DNA from: Halocafeteria seosinensis
Taxonomy: Eukaryota
DNA length: 46,887 nt
Direction of reading: 5' to 3'
Assembly: GCA_001687465.1 (NCBI GenBank)
Contig: LVLI01000613.1
Location: 1-46,887 of the forward strand
Within the stretch, counting starts at the first letter, position 1; each line of letters opens with the position of its first letter. The translations under genes were made by a program, and so were the position numbers. The notes beneath the pieces were generated by a model. It ran no database searches. It was not told the origin of the DNA and saw nothing but the letters and a program-made list of their open reading frames with translations. Shown piece after piece: positions 1-12,721 of this stretch.

Positions 1-1521
1 CGCCAATTAAAGCAAGAAATTGAGATTATGGGCCAATTATCCCATGAAAACATCATTCGCTTCCTCGGATACAGTGCGGCCAAAGGGAATCAAGTGTTCT
101 TGTTGATGGAATACTGTCCTGGAGGCCACCTCTTGGATGTAATCAATAGTCTGTCACCGGGAACGGTGACCACAGACACGGTATTGACGTATTTTACGCC
201 CATTGCCAAAGCCGTGGCGCATATGCATGCGCAGAATCCTTCGATAGCCCACAGAGACCTCAAGTTTGAGAATATTCTTATTGCGTCCGATAACAACCTC
301 AAACTGTGCGATTTTGGATCGGCGTCCAAGCGGCAGGGCAAGATCCAATCCAAACAGGAACGCGCGGACGAAGAGGACACAATTGAACGATTCACAACAC
401 CGACATACAGAGCACCGGAAATGGTAGATTTATATAGTGGTAGCCCAATAGATGAGCGAGTAGATATTTGGGCTCTAGGATGCATTCTTTATGGTCTCAT
501 GTACCAAGAACACCCCTTCCAGGATACGGGTACACTAGCGATACTCTCTGGAAGAGTGAAGCTAAAAGAATTTCCACGCTTCCCCACCAAGTTAAAGGAT
601 CTTGCCCTCGTTTGCTTTAGATTATCACCGGAAGAAAGGCCCACCGCGGATAGCATTGTAAAATATTGCGAGCAATTCCGAGAAGGTCTTAGGCGAGGTC
701 AGGATCCTGCGAATATCACTTTGCCTCCGCTGCTGACAAAAGACGGGAAGGATTGTATTGAAGTTATGGAAGAGACCACAGTAAACGAAATGGATGATAT
801 GTTTTCCCAAGCGGAACTAACTTCGGGGAGTCAAAAGCAAAAGAAAAAGGGAAAAAAGAAAAACAAGAGTAGGCAGGCTCAGGGCTCGGCTACGCCAACA
901 GATACCAGTTGTGGTGGAACGAAGTCTGCGTTGTTGCAGTCGAGGCTGCAAGGTAAAACACAAACAAAAAATCCGAGCTCAAATTTAGGCATACGACAAC
1001 CTGGAGTTCAACGAGACACCGAAGAGGCTGAGGATTCGTTTGACCCATTTGATGATGCGCCCGACGAAGACATCTGGGACACCGGTGATAATACGTCCAA
1101 GAATCAAGGTGGTTCCGGAGGAACCGACGAGTTCGATCCATTTGAGTCCCTGCCTAATGATTCTGCGCCCAAAGGTAAACACAAGGGAATCACTCCACAT
1201 CGGCCAAATCAATTGCCGCAGAAGAGTAAGGATGATTCACAAACAAAGCGGCCGATGAACTCGGAGGACGTAGATATTTTGGGCGGCCCAATTCTCACTG
1301 AAGAAGAAGATCTTCTCGGAAACCACTCCGGCACGCCCTCAGACAGTCGCTTTGCAAGTGCTCCTGGGCGGCCGGTACACGCGTACGGCTTTCACGGTTA
1401 CGGTGGGGGTAGTTCACCGGTGAGTTCTCCCGGCATACCTAGACAGCTGTCATCCCAGTCATACGGGTTCCATGGTAGCTCGAGCGTTCCCAGAAGTCCG
1501 TATCATTGGAGTCCTGGATGA
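1..1521 (+). CDS. NAK-family (AAK1/GAK/BMP2K-like) Ser/Thr kinase, 5'-truncated by the window edge
   Basis: The frame is open from base 1 (RQLKQEIEIM...). Kinase motifs are HRDLKFEN, LCDFGSA, TTPTYRAPEMVDLY and DIWALGCILY, typical of NAK kinases. The disordered tail carries DPF motifs (SFDPFDD, EFDPFES) and DLL/DIL motifs. Confidence 0.88.
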   Translation, partial: RQLKQEIEIMGQLSHENIIRFLGYSAAKGNQVFLLMEYCPGGHLLDVINSLSPGTVTTDTVLTYFTPIAKAVAHMHAQNPSIAHRDLKFENILIASDNNLKLCDFGSASKRQGKIQSKQERADEEDTIERFTTPTYRAPEMVDLYSGSPIDERVDIWALGCILYGLMYQEHPFQDTGTLAILSGRVKLKEFPRFPTKLKDLALVCFRLSPEERPTADSIVKYCEQFREGLRRGQDPANITLPPLLTKDGKDCIEVMEETTVNEMDDMFSQAELTSGSQKQKKKGKKKNKSRQAQGSATPTDTSCGGTKSALLQSRLQGKTQTKNPSSNLGIRQPGVQRDTEEAEDSFDPFDDAPDEDIWDTGDNTSKNQGGSGGTDEFDPFESLPNDSAPKGKHKGITPHRPNQLPQKSKDDSQTKRPMNSEDVDILGGPILTEEEDLLGNHSGTPSDSRFASAPGRPVHAYGFHGYGGGSSPVSSPGIPRQLSSQSYGFHGSSSVPRSPYHWSPG

Positions 1522-1926
1522 GTAGCACGGTGCTGCAGCTGCTAGTACCCAGACCTTGTTGGCTCCCTTACGATACATGTGTTCAATTCATGAATTACCT
1601 GTCTTTCAACCCCGCTGGTGTTCGGCATTTGCCATAACACATAGAAGGGGCTGAACTGGTGTAGCAGGCGACGCCAGTCTCTACACTTTCGTACCAGCTG
1701 GTCAATTCTTCATTGGGATCGCTTTTGTTCCAGCACATCTAACAATAAATTTTAAAAAGTTATGGTTTCAATCATTGTATTTTACGTCACTAAGTTCAGC
1801 ATAGCGATACACAACATAGGCTCCTTTCTAAGACTTGAGTAGGAATTTGTGGTATTTCAAATACTTGGGAAAAACGTGTATTAGCATTTTCTATTGCGAC
1901 ACGCTTGCCCGTAATACTGGTATGTT

Positions 1927-4904
1927 CTACATGTAGCAATAAACCATCTCGTCAGTATAATCGGCGTTTTTCACTAGTCCTTTAAGTACCTGGCACATTT
2001 TGTACGGACCACAGATAACCAACAGGACATCCTCTCCGGGAGGTGACAATGCTTCTCTAATAACACTCTCATCGATAAACCCAACTCTCCCAGACCATGA
2101 TTGTCCCTCGGGCACCCTGTCCACAGTGTACGTAACCCCAATATTGTCGTTGTTAGCAGCCACATGGTCGAGTCCGTCTTTGAACGCTATTGCTCCAGGC
2201 TGATTCGCGCCATACAGCAGATTAACCGCTATGTCATGACGCCTATGGTGTAAAACAGAATGAATAATGGACAACATCGGCGCAATGCCCGTCCCACCGG
2301 CAAGCAGGTTAATTTTCTTGATGCTCCTACCTTGGTAAACGGCACCACCATCTTTCGCTGCGGCAGAAGGACGGAAATCCAAACTTAGTTTACCATGCAA
2401 TCCAGAAAAGTCAAGAGTATCACCCGGTTTCATATCACGCATGTGGTACGACATTGTACCACCGTGCGAGTCAATTTTTACCAACAAGTCGATGTACCCT
2501 AACGCCCCCAATCGAGAAGCAGGAGAATAGCAACGAACAACATCTTCGTTGTTTACTTTAGCACGTACTTTGATGAACTTGCCGACAGCACCACCGACTC
2601 TGCCTTCGGCATTTCCGGCAACGGTGTGCAACGGACTTGGCAAATCGAACCGAAAGACGTACTGGTCACCACACAGTGGAAAACTCTCGCGCAGTCTTAA
2701 AGGAGTCCAGCTATCCTGTTTCATACAGGATGTAGACATCTCTCGGAATGAAGCGCTTCGTTTCCCGGCGATTCGCCCAAACACTACGCATTCAAGAAGA
2801 GAGTTACCCGCTAATCGATTTGCTCCATGCACACCGCCGCTAGCTTCTCCGGCTGCAAACAATCCTGGTATTGGATGAGGCTGGAAATGAGGTAGTTTTG
2901 CCGTGTGTCGAGTGCCTGATCGTGTTTGATCAGGGACTGGGGTCTCTAAGCCAGTTTCCACAGCCGAGAGAGTAGAGTCTTCAAGAGACACATCATGTCC
3001 TTCCGTTTCGTGTGATTCTGGTATCCCCAGCACTTCACCTGCAGCATTGATGGCTACACCACCCATAGTGTAATGAATGCTAGGAGTGATAATGGCAACA
3101 TAGAGGTTTGCGTCGGTGCTTTCAAGCAGGCTTTTGAAGGATTCGTGGGATGGAAATGACTTCTTTCCAAAACGATCCGGTTTGCCTGAAGCAGCTACCT
3201 CGGAATATTCTTGTAAACTTGCACGCAGTGAATCTTCAGGAAGCCCTAGCTTTTTAGCAGCATCTGAAAGACTGTCGAATTCCTGAAAAAATCCCTTTAC
3301 TTTGTGGTAAAACCCAAACGTAGGTCCAAACTCATGTGCTGCTTCATGCGTCAAAATTAGGTAGCATGATTCCTTCCACTTCCCTTCTGAATCGGTTCTC
3401 CCGCATTCCTGCTGGATTGACTCAGTAACATCATCACGTCGTCCCAGTTCATTGACGAAGCGTTTACCTGAACCAAAAGAGTCTCTCCTAGTCAAAGAGT
3501 CATTTCTACTCAAACTGGTTACTGTATGCTTACCACTTCTCGGACTTATGAGAAGTCCTCCTACGCCACGGAGCGCCTCAGGAGCGAGGAACTTTGTATT
3601 GTTTTCGGGATCCTTCGGATCCACGAATCCGGTAGGATGCACCTGTTAGATATAATTGATTCCCAAAATGTTACCAGAAAAACTACGTATTCTAATTACT
3701 CTTTAACACGTACTTGTACGTATTGCATGTGTCGTAGGAGAGCGCCGACCTCTTTAGCGAGTTGAACTCCGTCACCTCTGGCAAAATTCCCATTGGTGGA
3801 TGGCAGATAGGACACTTGAGGTGCATGTTTCTGAAGAAGCGAATTCTCTCCTCGGTATCCACCATATCCCCCGCTTGTCAGAATAACCGCATCGCCTTTC
3901 AACTCAAAATTTCCCCTCGTCTCATTCTGAAGCTCGATACCTGCTACCCTTTGCTTGGTTTCTGTGGATCCTCTGCGATGGATGTCCTCCGTGAGCAATC
4001 TCAATGCTGATGTTTCAAGCATAACCTCTACTGAATCTGCCATTGACTGAACCTTTTCTGAAAGAGCCTTCATGATAGCTCTTCCAACCGGTGTAACTTT
4101 CCCGTCCGGACCAGGGCCAGGACGATGAGTTCGGGGTTTTGAATGGCCTCCACATTGTGACACTTTATCAAGAGTCACCCCGTAGGATGCAATAAAGTCG
4201 ATGGCATCTTTCGACGAATGAACGAGCGTATCGACCTGGACTTCGGAAAGTTTGGAATTCAGAATAAGACTGAGCTTTCTTCTTTGCTCGAGTAGGTTGG
4301 CAAACAACGTACCAGCGCTTCATCAGCTTTTCCGTGACCGGATTGCATCGTATCGTCTTTGAACAGCGCAACTGAATCATCGGTCACTCCATGTTGCTTC
4401 TGGATCTCGGTACCTGTTGAATCAATGCAACACGTCATCAGTACGTATTACGGTTCCAGTCAATGGCTCGTACTTCCCTCTCCCAGACAACCATACATGG
4501 ACAGCCACGTTCAGACCAGATAGGTAATACAGACAGCACGACTTACCGACAGCATTCATGCCACTTGAGGCCTTCTCGGAATTTCCTCCCAACTTGGGAT
4601 TCCTCTCGATTAAGGTCACGCGGGCTCCCTGTTGCACAGCTTCCAGCGTAGCGCTGAGGCCGGCAAGGCCTCCACCGACAACGATAACATGGGGAGGAGA
4701 GTTGACCTGAAAATTCCACCCGTGGTCGGTGCTCGTAGAAGGCGTAGAGCTCATGGTAAAGGCAAGATACTCTGAGGAGTCGTACAGGGAAGCCAAAAAC
4801 GCTACACTCGCAAAGAGACCACTGAGAAATGCGCGCCGCACACTGTATTCGCGGAAATGAAGTAGACGAGCGATGCCGACAACAATGCCATCAATCCGAC
4901 ACAT
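1927..4904 (-). CDS. Soluble FAD-dependent fumarate reductase (Osm1/Frd1/flavocytochrome c type) fused to a C-terminal NADH-cytochrome b5 reductase-like module; 5 exons
   Basis: FRD motifs: VVGGGLAGL, GGNSEKASSGMN, GGHSKPRTH, VQVHPTG, ELGRRD, IHYTMGG, GGVHGANRLAGNSLLECVVFGR. Cb5R motifs: RCYSP, LLAGGTGIAPM, LICGP. Inferred introns that restore the frame: 4546-4414, 4312-4236, 3713-3643, 3533-3468. Confidence 0.9.
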
Positions 4905-5351
4905 TGTTCCACTTGTGGCAACAGTCGCTGGATTTTTCTGCCTTCAAGCCGTAATACGGTTATGGTGACGTCGTGACTCGCCGACTCGTGAGTCAACTGG
5001 CACGTTAAGGTTAGAATTCCACTGACCGACCGTCGTTGGGTAAGGAACGCGGGAAAGTTTGTTTATTGGCTGCTTGATGGAAGCGAGTCGTGAGGAATGT
5101 GGATACAACTGAACACCCTTTGTCATTCCGCGGTGCTTTCATCCTGGATCACCACCAGTTGAGCTGAAGTGTTGAACGAACGTGTATCACGAAGTGAAGC
5201 GACATATAGGCGAAAATCAGTGAACATCTCGTAGCTCGCCTGGCGTCGAGTCGCTCAATTTGTTAGCACTCACCACTAGAGGCGGCAAATACAAAAGGGG
5301 TCAGGTGCTACGTAGCCGTCGTAGCTTCCTTCTACGTTTGAAATGAGCAGG

Positions 5352-6981
5352 TCAACAGGAGGACTTCGACTGAAGCTTCTGAGCCGCTGTATCAATTCCT
5401 TGGATATATGTGAGAAAATCAACCTCATGGGACTCCTCAGGTACACCTCGCTCATGAGCACCCAAGGCCAAGCTTACCCGAGGGCGTTCATTGAGAAGAA
5501 AGTGAACAAGAGTTGTTAATTCTTCAGGAGAAATCCCGCCTAATACAGTCTGGATCAATTCTGTGCTCACAGTCGTTTGCGGAATGACAAACCCTGAAGG
5601 TATCCTAAGTTGCAAATGCGACACCGCTGAGAGAATTAGGCGCGTTACGACAGAGTGCTTGATTTTTCCCGCCTGACTCCGGAACCGCAGCCATGAGAAA
5701 CTATATTTCTGCTAAATCTGGGTAAAGCAACACTTACAGAGAATCGAGCAGAAAAATGCATTAAGAGAATATGTTCGTTCATAAATTTTCCTTTCGCCCA
5801 CATTTCCGCAAAATCTAGCATGCATACATGCCCTCTTTCTTCAGCCTTCTCCCGAAACCTTTCATCGTCCAGGAACGTACATTCCATGATAAGTAGTCGA
5901 GCGGTGCATGCTTCCAAAGATCTCTGCCAAACAGCGAAGACGCTATAACTCATGCGTATATCAAACTCCATCAAAAAGCAGCGTACCATTATGCCCGCTA
6001 GAGCAGTATCCCCAGAATAGGCTATTTCGACTGTGCTGTGTAGTCCAGTTACTGACTCTCCGCTTCGACAGAGTTCGGAGATTTGTTGCTTGGTGAAGTC
6101 TGGAAGTATGCAGCCTCAGCAGATAAAATTGCAAGCAAGGAAATGTTTTGGTATCCTTCATATTTACCTTTGTATTCTTCTTTTAACTTCTTCATTTGCC
6201 TCCAGATTATGTATCCGTAACTTGTCACGGCATGCTCCGTTGCCCATGCAGTGGCGAAGTACCCAACAGGAAGTTGACTCAAATCGGTATCTTCGCGACT
6301 GTAGTTCTTGACCTTAGCTTCATTATTACTTCGCCCATTTGGAAAATGGATTATGCTTCCACTATCGACGCCAACTAACTGGTAAGATATCTCTCCACCA
6401 TCCAATTTGGAGAATGCTGAAAACACTTGGTGCATTGGCTCTACACACACTTCAGGAACGACGTAAGTGGGTGCTGGCATATTCGATAACGCCCTCGTTG
6501 TAGCGTGCATTTGAATGGAGCCAATGTGATCCAAATGACCATGGGAAATGAAGACAAGACTGCAAACCAATAAAATTCGAATCAAGGTTGCCAACTCATG
6601 CATCATGGAATACACGTACGGCTGATTGACGGCTGCTCGGAACACCCTCCCCTGCATTTGCGAATTAACTCTTAAATCGACTAAGACTTTAATTTGACCA
6701 AGAAGTCCACTTACCAGGTCAAAGACTATATTGAGCCCTTGTCCAGGAAGCACTACTGACGTAGACTCTCCAGCCACCGACCGAATTTGAACCGTGTATC
6801 CTGCTAGATTCTCGTACGTTGTCAAGCTGTCCGAAGTCTCCCGAGAAGGCTGTCGGAGTGGCTTAACGCCTCCATTGGCCGTCTCAGAGGTCGAAACATT
6901 TGCCATAAGTGTCTTAAAACTGCTTCCAAACCTTGTGAATCTGGGAGATCGGGATCCAACTAGTCGAGAAAGCGCACGCAT
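5352..6981 (-). CDS. Short, TM-type tRNase Z (metallo-beta-lactamase fold), multi-exon, with a presequence-like N-terminus
   Basis: Spliced motifs include RSVAGES, FISHGHLDHIGS, WATEH, KKLKEEY (TM-type exosite), EIAYSGDT, LLIMECTFLD, ERGHV and ILLMHFSARF. The last exon runs in frame into the 5352-5624 ORF. Confidence 0.85.
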
Positions 6982-7138
6982 TCATGCCATACAGCATGTA
7001 ACCGATTGCTCACAAGCTATCAAGTAAGAAGAAGACGGACAAACTGTTGGGTACATGACAATGTACATTCTATTACGTTGTATAGTCAGTATAGCTTTGT
7101 GAAGTTGAGATATGAGTTGCAGAAAAATGTGTATTTTC

Positions 7139-10100
7139 TCATTCCAGCGCCTTATTTAGTTGCTCAGCCATTTCCTCAGTTTTTACTTTAGCTAGGTACG
7201 TATTCATTACTATTTTACCGCCTTGCTTTTCGGATACTGTGATGCTGATGGTTTTCTTGCTTGGAGGCTTCTTCTCCACGAACGTGCCGTTCACCAATAG
7301 TTTCTCGGACTCATCAACGACCCACTTGAAGCAGACACGCAGGTTCGACGTGTTCTTATTGCGGATTATATGTAATATACCAACACCGATTTCGATCCAA
7401 CCGGACTCACCGAATCTGTATAATTTTGATCTCTGTTCCATCAGTTGCTCGTCGCCTTCTAATAAAATATCTAACTTTTTTATTTGGCGCTCTTGTGATT
7501 CACCACTATCTTGTTGATCCGTCCCATTTTGATCCTGAGATTGGTTCTGTTCCTCTTGTGAACTTTGACCATTAGATCCAAAAGCAACCGATGCATTCTG
7601 CGGGAAAAGGTTAGACGATGTTTTGAAGATATTAGTTGCAGACGGGTTGGAGCTACTCGTGCCACCGAAGAGTGAAGTTGTAGCTCCGAAACCGTGAGAC
7701 GTTGCATTGCCTACAACTTTAGAATCACCATCACTGGAGGAGTTAGTCAAGCCTAGCGAGGCTGAAGATGAAGTCGTTTGGCCAAAGGGGCCGAAACCGC
7801 TCCCTCCAGAGGAGCTTGATGGAGCAGAAGGAAACAGACCGCCAAAAAGCGAACCCTTGGAGCGAGTGCTCGTCTCGGATTCTGACTTTCCTGTGTCCTG
7901 AAGCAAACTACTTTTAGGAGCTGTCGACCTTGTATACTCCTGGTCTGACGTCTGCAATAGACTACTGGCACTAGTGGCATTAGTCGTAGGGTTTGAAGTC
8001 TGTTTGCTCAAGTTCGGAAATAGGGGGGTGGAGGCTGCACCGCCGGACTCTGCTGTCACCGAGAACGGGGTTGAAGAAGCACTGGTAGCACGTGTTTCTT
8101 TGTTTAACCCAGAAAACAAGCCGCTGCTACTGGGGTTCAAACTCGAGGTCTGTGCGAACATGGAGGTGCCCTTGCTTATATCAGTCGAATGCTGTGGGAA
8201 CAGTCCGGATGCCCCGGTAGGGGAATTGGATTTGTCCTTGCTTGTATCGGCCGAATGCTGTGGGAATAGCGTCGTCCCGGTAGAGGAACCGGAGGTGCCT
8301 TTGCTGATATCGGAAAACAAGGTCGAAGGCACGGGCGCTTGCTTTTCCGATGCAGAGTGTAAATTGTAAGAATTAGTGGAGGATCCTTTCGTATCTGACG
8401 CAGAGGAGAACGGGTCGCTCCTCGGGAAATCAGAGGTTTTAGGAAACAAACTACTTCTTGCAGTATCCTGTTGTTTAAGATTCTGGTCCTGGAAGGGCAA
8501 CGAGCCTTGCGGAGTACTGGAGATGTTAGAGAATAGGGCGGCCCCCCCAGGCTGGGTGTTTGATGCACTATGTGCTACGGAGGAAATATTTTCCCCAGAA
8601 CTTCGATCACCATGAGAGCTCCCCGTGAACAAGAAGTTGTTAGCAGAAATTGTGCTGCCTGTAGCCGATGTGTTCGTCGAAGTGGAAGGGTGTGACACTA
8701 CACCGAAACCACCGACGGACGTTTGCGAATCACCAAAAATTGATTCTCTTCCAGTCAACATAGGGGAAGAGGAGCTCCCTTTTAAAGGATCATCGTTCAT
8801 CCACGAAGAGACGGATGGTTTAGATTCACTTATGCCCCCAAACGCTTTCGATGGAACACCGGGTGTAGTTGCCGGAGGCGGAGGCCCGGCCTTGCCTGAT
8901 TCTCTTAGAATGCTGGACGATTGCAAGCCATAGCCAACTGAGCTTCGTGAATTGCCACCAAAGGGACCACTTTGTTTGCCGGTGGTGTCGTCGATGGCTT
9001 CCTTATCGCGTGTACTCTGTTCGTGCAAGGAACTACTAAACTGAAAGTTCACTGAACTAGATAGATACTCGCGGTGTGAGGTGGAAGGATGGTCATATAA
9101 AGATCCGGGTGACCAGTTGGAAGCATTCGGTGGGCCACTACTCCACATTTCCGACGACGCCATTTCATTAAGCGTATGGCCTGCGGTAGGAGTGCTCTGA
9201 GGCATTGAAGATACAGTTCGTCCGTGCCGGTGGCTATCCCGCGTTTCACGTGCGCTTTCGTGAGACTTTGTGTTATTGGGTCCTCCGCTGAGTCGCTGAT
9301 GGAGTTGTTCGGCATATTTGATATAATCCCGAAAAGTCGGTGTCCAATCAGAGACCGGGTACTTCTTTAATTTCTTCGTGATGCAGGCCTCCATCGAACG
9401 ATTCAATTTCGCAAACTCATTGTAAAACTCATGAAGCGTTAGGCCATTACTTTTCTTTACCACAAGTGACGTTTCCTGATTACCACCAACGGTGGTTGAG
9501 GCTGTGGATACGGCAGCGCGAGTTTCGTCAGCATTCCCGAGGCTGGGTCTCGAAGACGGCTTCTCTGGAAATAGTTGACGCGCATTGTACTTCTCCCCAA
9601 CATCTGTACCAAACGAAGGAACCTTGCTTTCTGCCGATCTCTTGGAGTTCCAAAACGAGTCACTGGAAGCAAACGACGTATTGTGCGCCGGTGTGTTTGT
9701 TTGTGGAAGGGTAACTCGGGAGGTAGACATCGGCCCATAGCTCTCATCCAGAAAACTGGAACTACCGCCGTTGACCGAGCTTCGAGAGGCTCCCATAAAA
9801 TCGGGGGTTCCTGTATTCCCTTGTCCTGCCATTAAGTTGACCCCAGAGAAGAGGGAACTACCGCCAGTAGAAGGTGGTCTTTCCTCATCTCCTGTTCCTG
9901 GCGCTGGTAGGTGGCTCTTTCGTTTGACTTTGAGTTTCCGACGTGAACTCCCAGCACTGCGGTTCACGCTGTGTGTCTCCTTATTTTCAGTATCTCCGAC
10001 ATCCTGTGAAAAATATTCATTCATGGGCATCATACATATGTGACCCACAATGAAAGACAATTTCAAAAAAAAAAAAAGTGCTTACATTTTCGGATTCCCC

Positions 10101-10139
10101 CACCCGAGGATTCGGTAGAAAGCCGCCACGGCGCTTCAT
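7139..10139 (-). CDS. NUP50: Nup50/Nup2-like nucleoporin with C-terminal Ran-binding domain
   Basis: Exon 1 (10139-10086) reads MKRRGGF...; the intron is 10085-10004. It has the Nup50-like block LNRSMEACITKKLKKYPVSDWTPTFRDYIKY, a Ser/Thr-rich region with FG/LF repeats, and a RanBD (RSKLYRF..WIEIGVGILHI). Confidence 0.75.
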
Positions 10140-10591
10140 TATACGATCACTGTAGTGGACTTGTTAATTATGTCCCTGTCTGCTAGTGTGGCGACTGGGG
10201 AGCGTGTATACTCCAAGAACGAATTGAGGGGATATGGACAAAAAGACGGCTGAATTCGATGTATTTGTCCTGGTTTATCCACAGGTTTACCAGCCAATTA
10301 TACGGACTATACTGTCCTCGATCTATCTCACTTTGCTCTCCGTACTGTGGAGGGGACAAACATAGGGAACGTGAGGGGTATAACATGCCCGTGGAGCCGT
10401 AGACCTTGTGGCCCAGCAGAAGAGAGCAAACAATTCGTTCACTTCGCTCAAACATCTACGTTGTTACTAGTCCCTGTATACGAGAGCTACAGGTGTTATT
10501 TGAAGGAGAATTGGTAGTGAGAAAACTCGTTGATGGATAAAGAGCTTGGATTGTACAGATAGTGGGGTATTTTCGTCGAAAAAGGGGTAAA

Positions 10592-12079
10592 ATGGCCGCC
10601 GAAAACAGCAGCAGCACCAGGACAGGATATGATCAAAGCCCTGTTTTACTCCAAGTACAGGAAGGTGAAGCAAAGACACGTATATGCGAGATATATCTAC
10701 AATTTTCGGAGGTTTCAGGAGAAACTGCGTCGTCACTAACGGCCTCTGCGCCCTCCAAACTTACGGTGTATGGATATAGACGATCACAATTTGATACGAA
10801 TCAACAACAACATGGCGATAATAGCAGTGCAGCGGCAGCTTCTTCCTCCTCCTCTGGGCAGAAAAAGGTTGTCGGTCTTCCCGAGGGGACGACCATCGCT
10901 CATGCAGGACTACATCCTCGAGCTGTTTCGAAGGACAAAGATGTCAAAGAGTTTAATAGGTTCACAGAATACTTACTGCACGGCCTTCATGGGACAAGTC
11001 CTCCAAAGGTGAGCAAAACTATGTTTGGGGTTTAGTATTCAAGAAACTTACTCATATTGCTATTGCTATATATGTGGCCCCCGCTTTTGGATGTGTAGGC
11101 TGCAAAGATTAAGCCTTGGGTTTCTGGAGTCCAAAAGGATACAAGAATTCATATACTACCGCCTGCGGATAAAAGTACGTTAGGGAAAGATTGCCAACTG
11201 CGGATGATTTTAAGCGAAGAGTCAAAATTGAAGAATACTGAAGGCACGACAAGCGCAACCCAGTCTGCTTCTCACAACTCCAGTCATGAGGAAGGCAGGA
11301 TTCTAGCCGAGAATGCTGCCAAGGAGGCCAGCGATGACTCCGAATGCAGCGTTTACGTGATAGACAGTGCCCCCGAGCATATCCGTGGCAAAGCTGAACA
11401 CTTATTTAGAGATATCAATGAGTCTATCAGGAATAAAATGAAAGTTGACGATGTCTCTCTATACAGCATTACTCAATCGCGTATTGCCAGGCAACAGACA
11501 GAGCTTCTTCTGGAGCTTGTAGGGCCAACGGCTACGGTCGTTGATGCAACAGCGTGTGTGGGTGGAAACACTATCTTTTTCGCCGAGCAGTTTAAGAATG
11601 TGGAGGCAGTTGAAATATCTAAACAGCGAACTGAGATTCTGGAGCACAACTTGCGCCTCAACGGCCTTTTACATAAGACAAAGATTCACCATGGGGATTA
11701 TATGAAGATGTATACGGAAATACATGGTGATGTAGTTTTCTTTGATCCTCCTTGGGGTGGGGTCGATTACAAGAATGTAGATACTATTCCTCTTGTTTTG
11801 GGCAGTCCACCAATATCTATCGGACAAGTCTGTAACAAGTTGTTTAGCAGTAGTGCAGCTCCGTTCTACATTGCTCTTAAAGCACCAACGAATTTCGATG
11901 AAAAATCATTTGAGCATGATATCCTAGGCTTTGCCGAAATCATGAACGTGCACGAACTGTGGAAAATGAAGCTATATATTATTAAACCGGACCCGAGCCT
12001 TGGCGTGAAGAGAGAGCGCGAGGACGGTGATACAGCAGGAGCAGCAAATGGTAGCCCAAGGAAGCAGGCTCGGACATAG
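10592..12079 (+). CDS. RNA cap guanine-N2 methyltransferase (Tgs family) with an N-terminal SPOC-like domain; 2 exons
   Basis: Intron 11009-11098 (GTGAGC...TAG) joins ORFs 10562 and 11204 in frame. MTase motifs: SLYSIT, VVDATACVGGNTIFFA, VEISKQR, DVVFFDPPWGGVDY, ALKAPTN. Confidence 0.82.
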
Positions 12080-12489
12080 GGAATAGCCCATCTGTATAAC
12101 TATGATAGATCAGCACAGGGTGAGTGTGCACATAAATATAACACTTCGGAACTAGTGTGTTGTGTATACGTTGGTTCTGTGCAGTACCCTCAAGCAACGT
12201 CAGATCACAATTTGTTCACTCGCTAGAGTAGCTCACTTTCGCCACAAGGGTTAAATATTGTGAAAAGTCAGCAAAAGAGAGTGCTCGGCGACCATTAGCT
12301 GTCCTTTAGACAAGTGTCACTTCGTAAGGTTCGGTCCCTCGTACTCTCCGCTGACGCAGGAACATGGCAGCAAGGTACTTTGGGGAAAAGATGGCCCATT
12401 ATGATCCTAGTGCATACGGTCCACCATTCCTATCTGTGAAAAATCATCCACTATCGTGTATAAATGTCATAACATGTTCCGGAACTCCT

Positions 12490-12721
12490 CTAGTAGCGGC
12501 GAAGTTTTTGGAGCACATACGGTCTGCAGGATCAATATACTCTCCATACGACGCACTCAACAATGAGAATAGACATCAATTCATTATTTGTGGTATACGT
12601 ACGTGCATCGTAATACAGCGAAATAGCCGAATAAGAGGCCTGCTTGCATCGCCAAGTCCCTGTAGAAGGTGGCCTTCTTTTTGGCCGAGGACTGTGATTC
12701 AGCTTGCTTGTATACAAACAT
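12490..12721 (-). CDS. TOM5: Tom5-like small subunit of the mitochondrial TOM complex (50 aa, 2 exons; absent from the ORF track)
   Basis: Exon 1 is 12721-12603, the intron is 12602-12524 (GTACGT...TGCAG) and exon 2 is 12523-12490. The product is MFVYKQAESQSSAKKKATFYRDLAMQAGLLFGYFAVLRCTPYVLQKLRRY. Size, MF start and the ..LRxTP(Y/F)xLxKL tail match animal Tom5. Confidence 0.72.
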
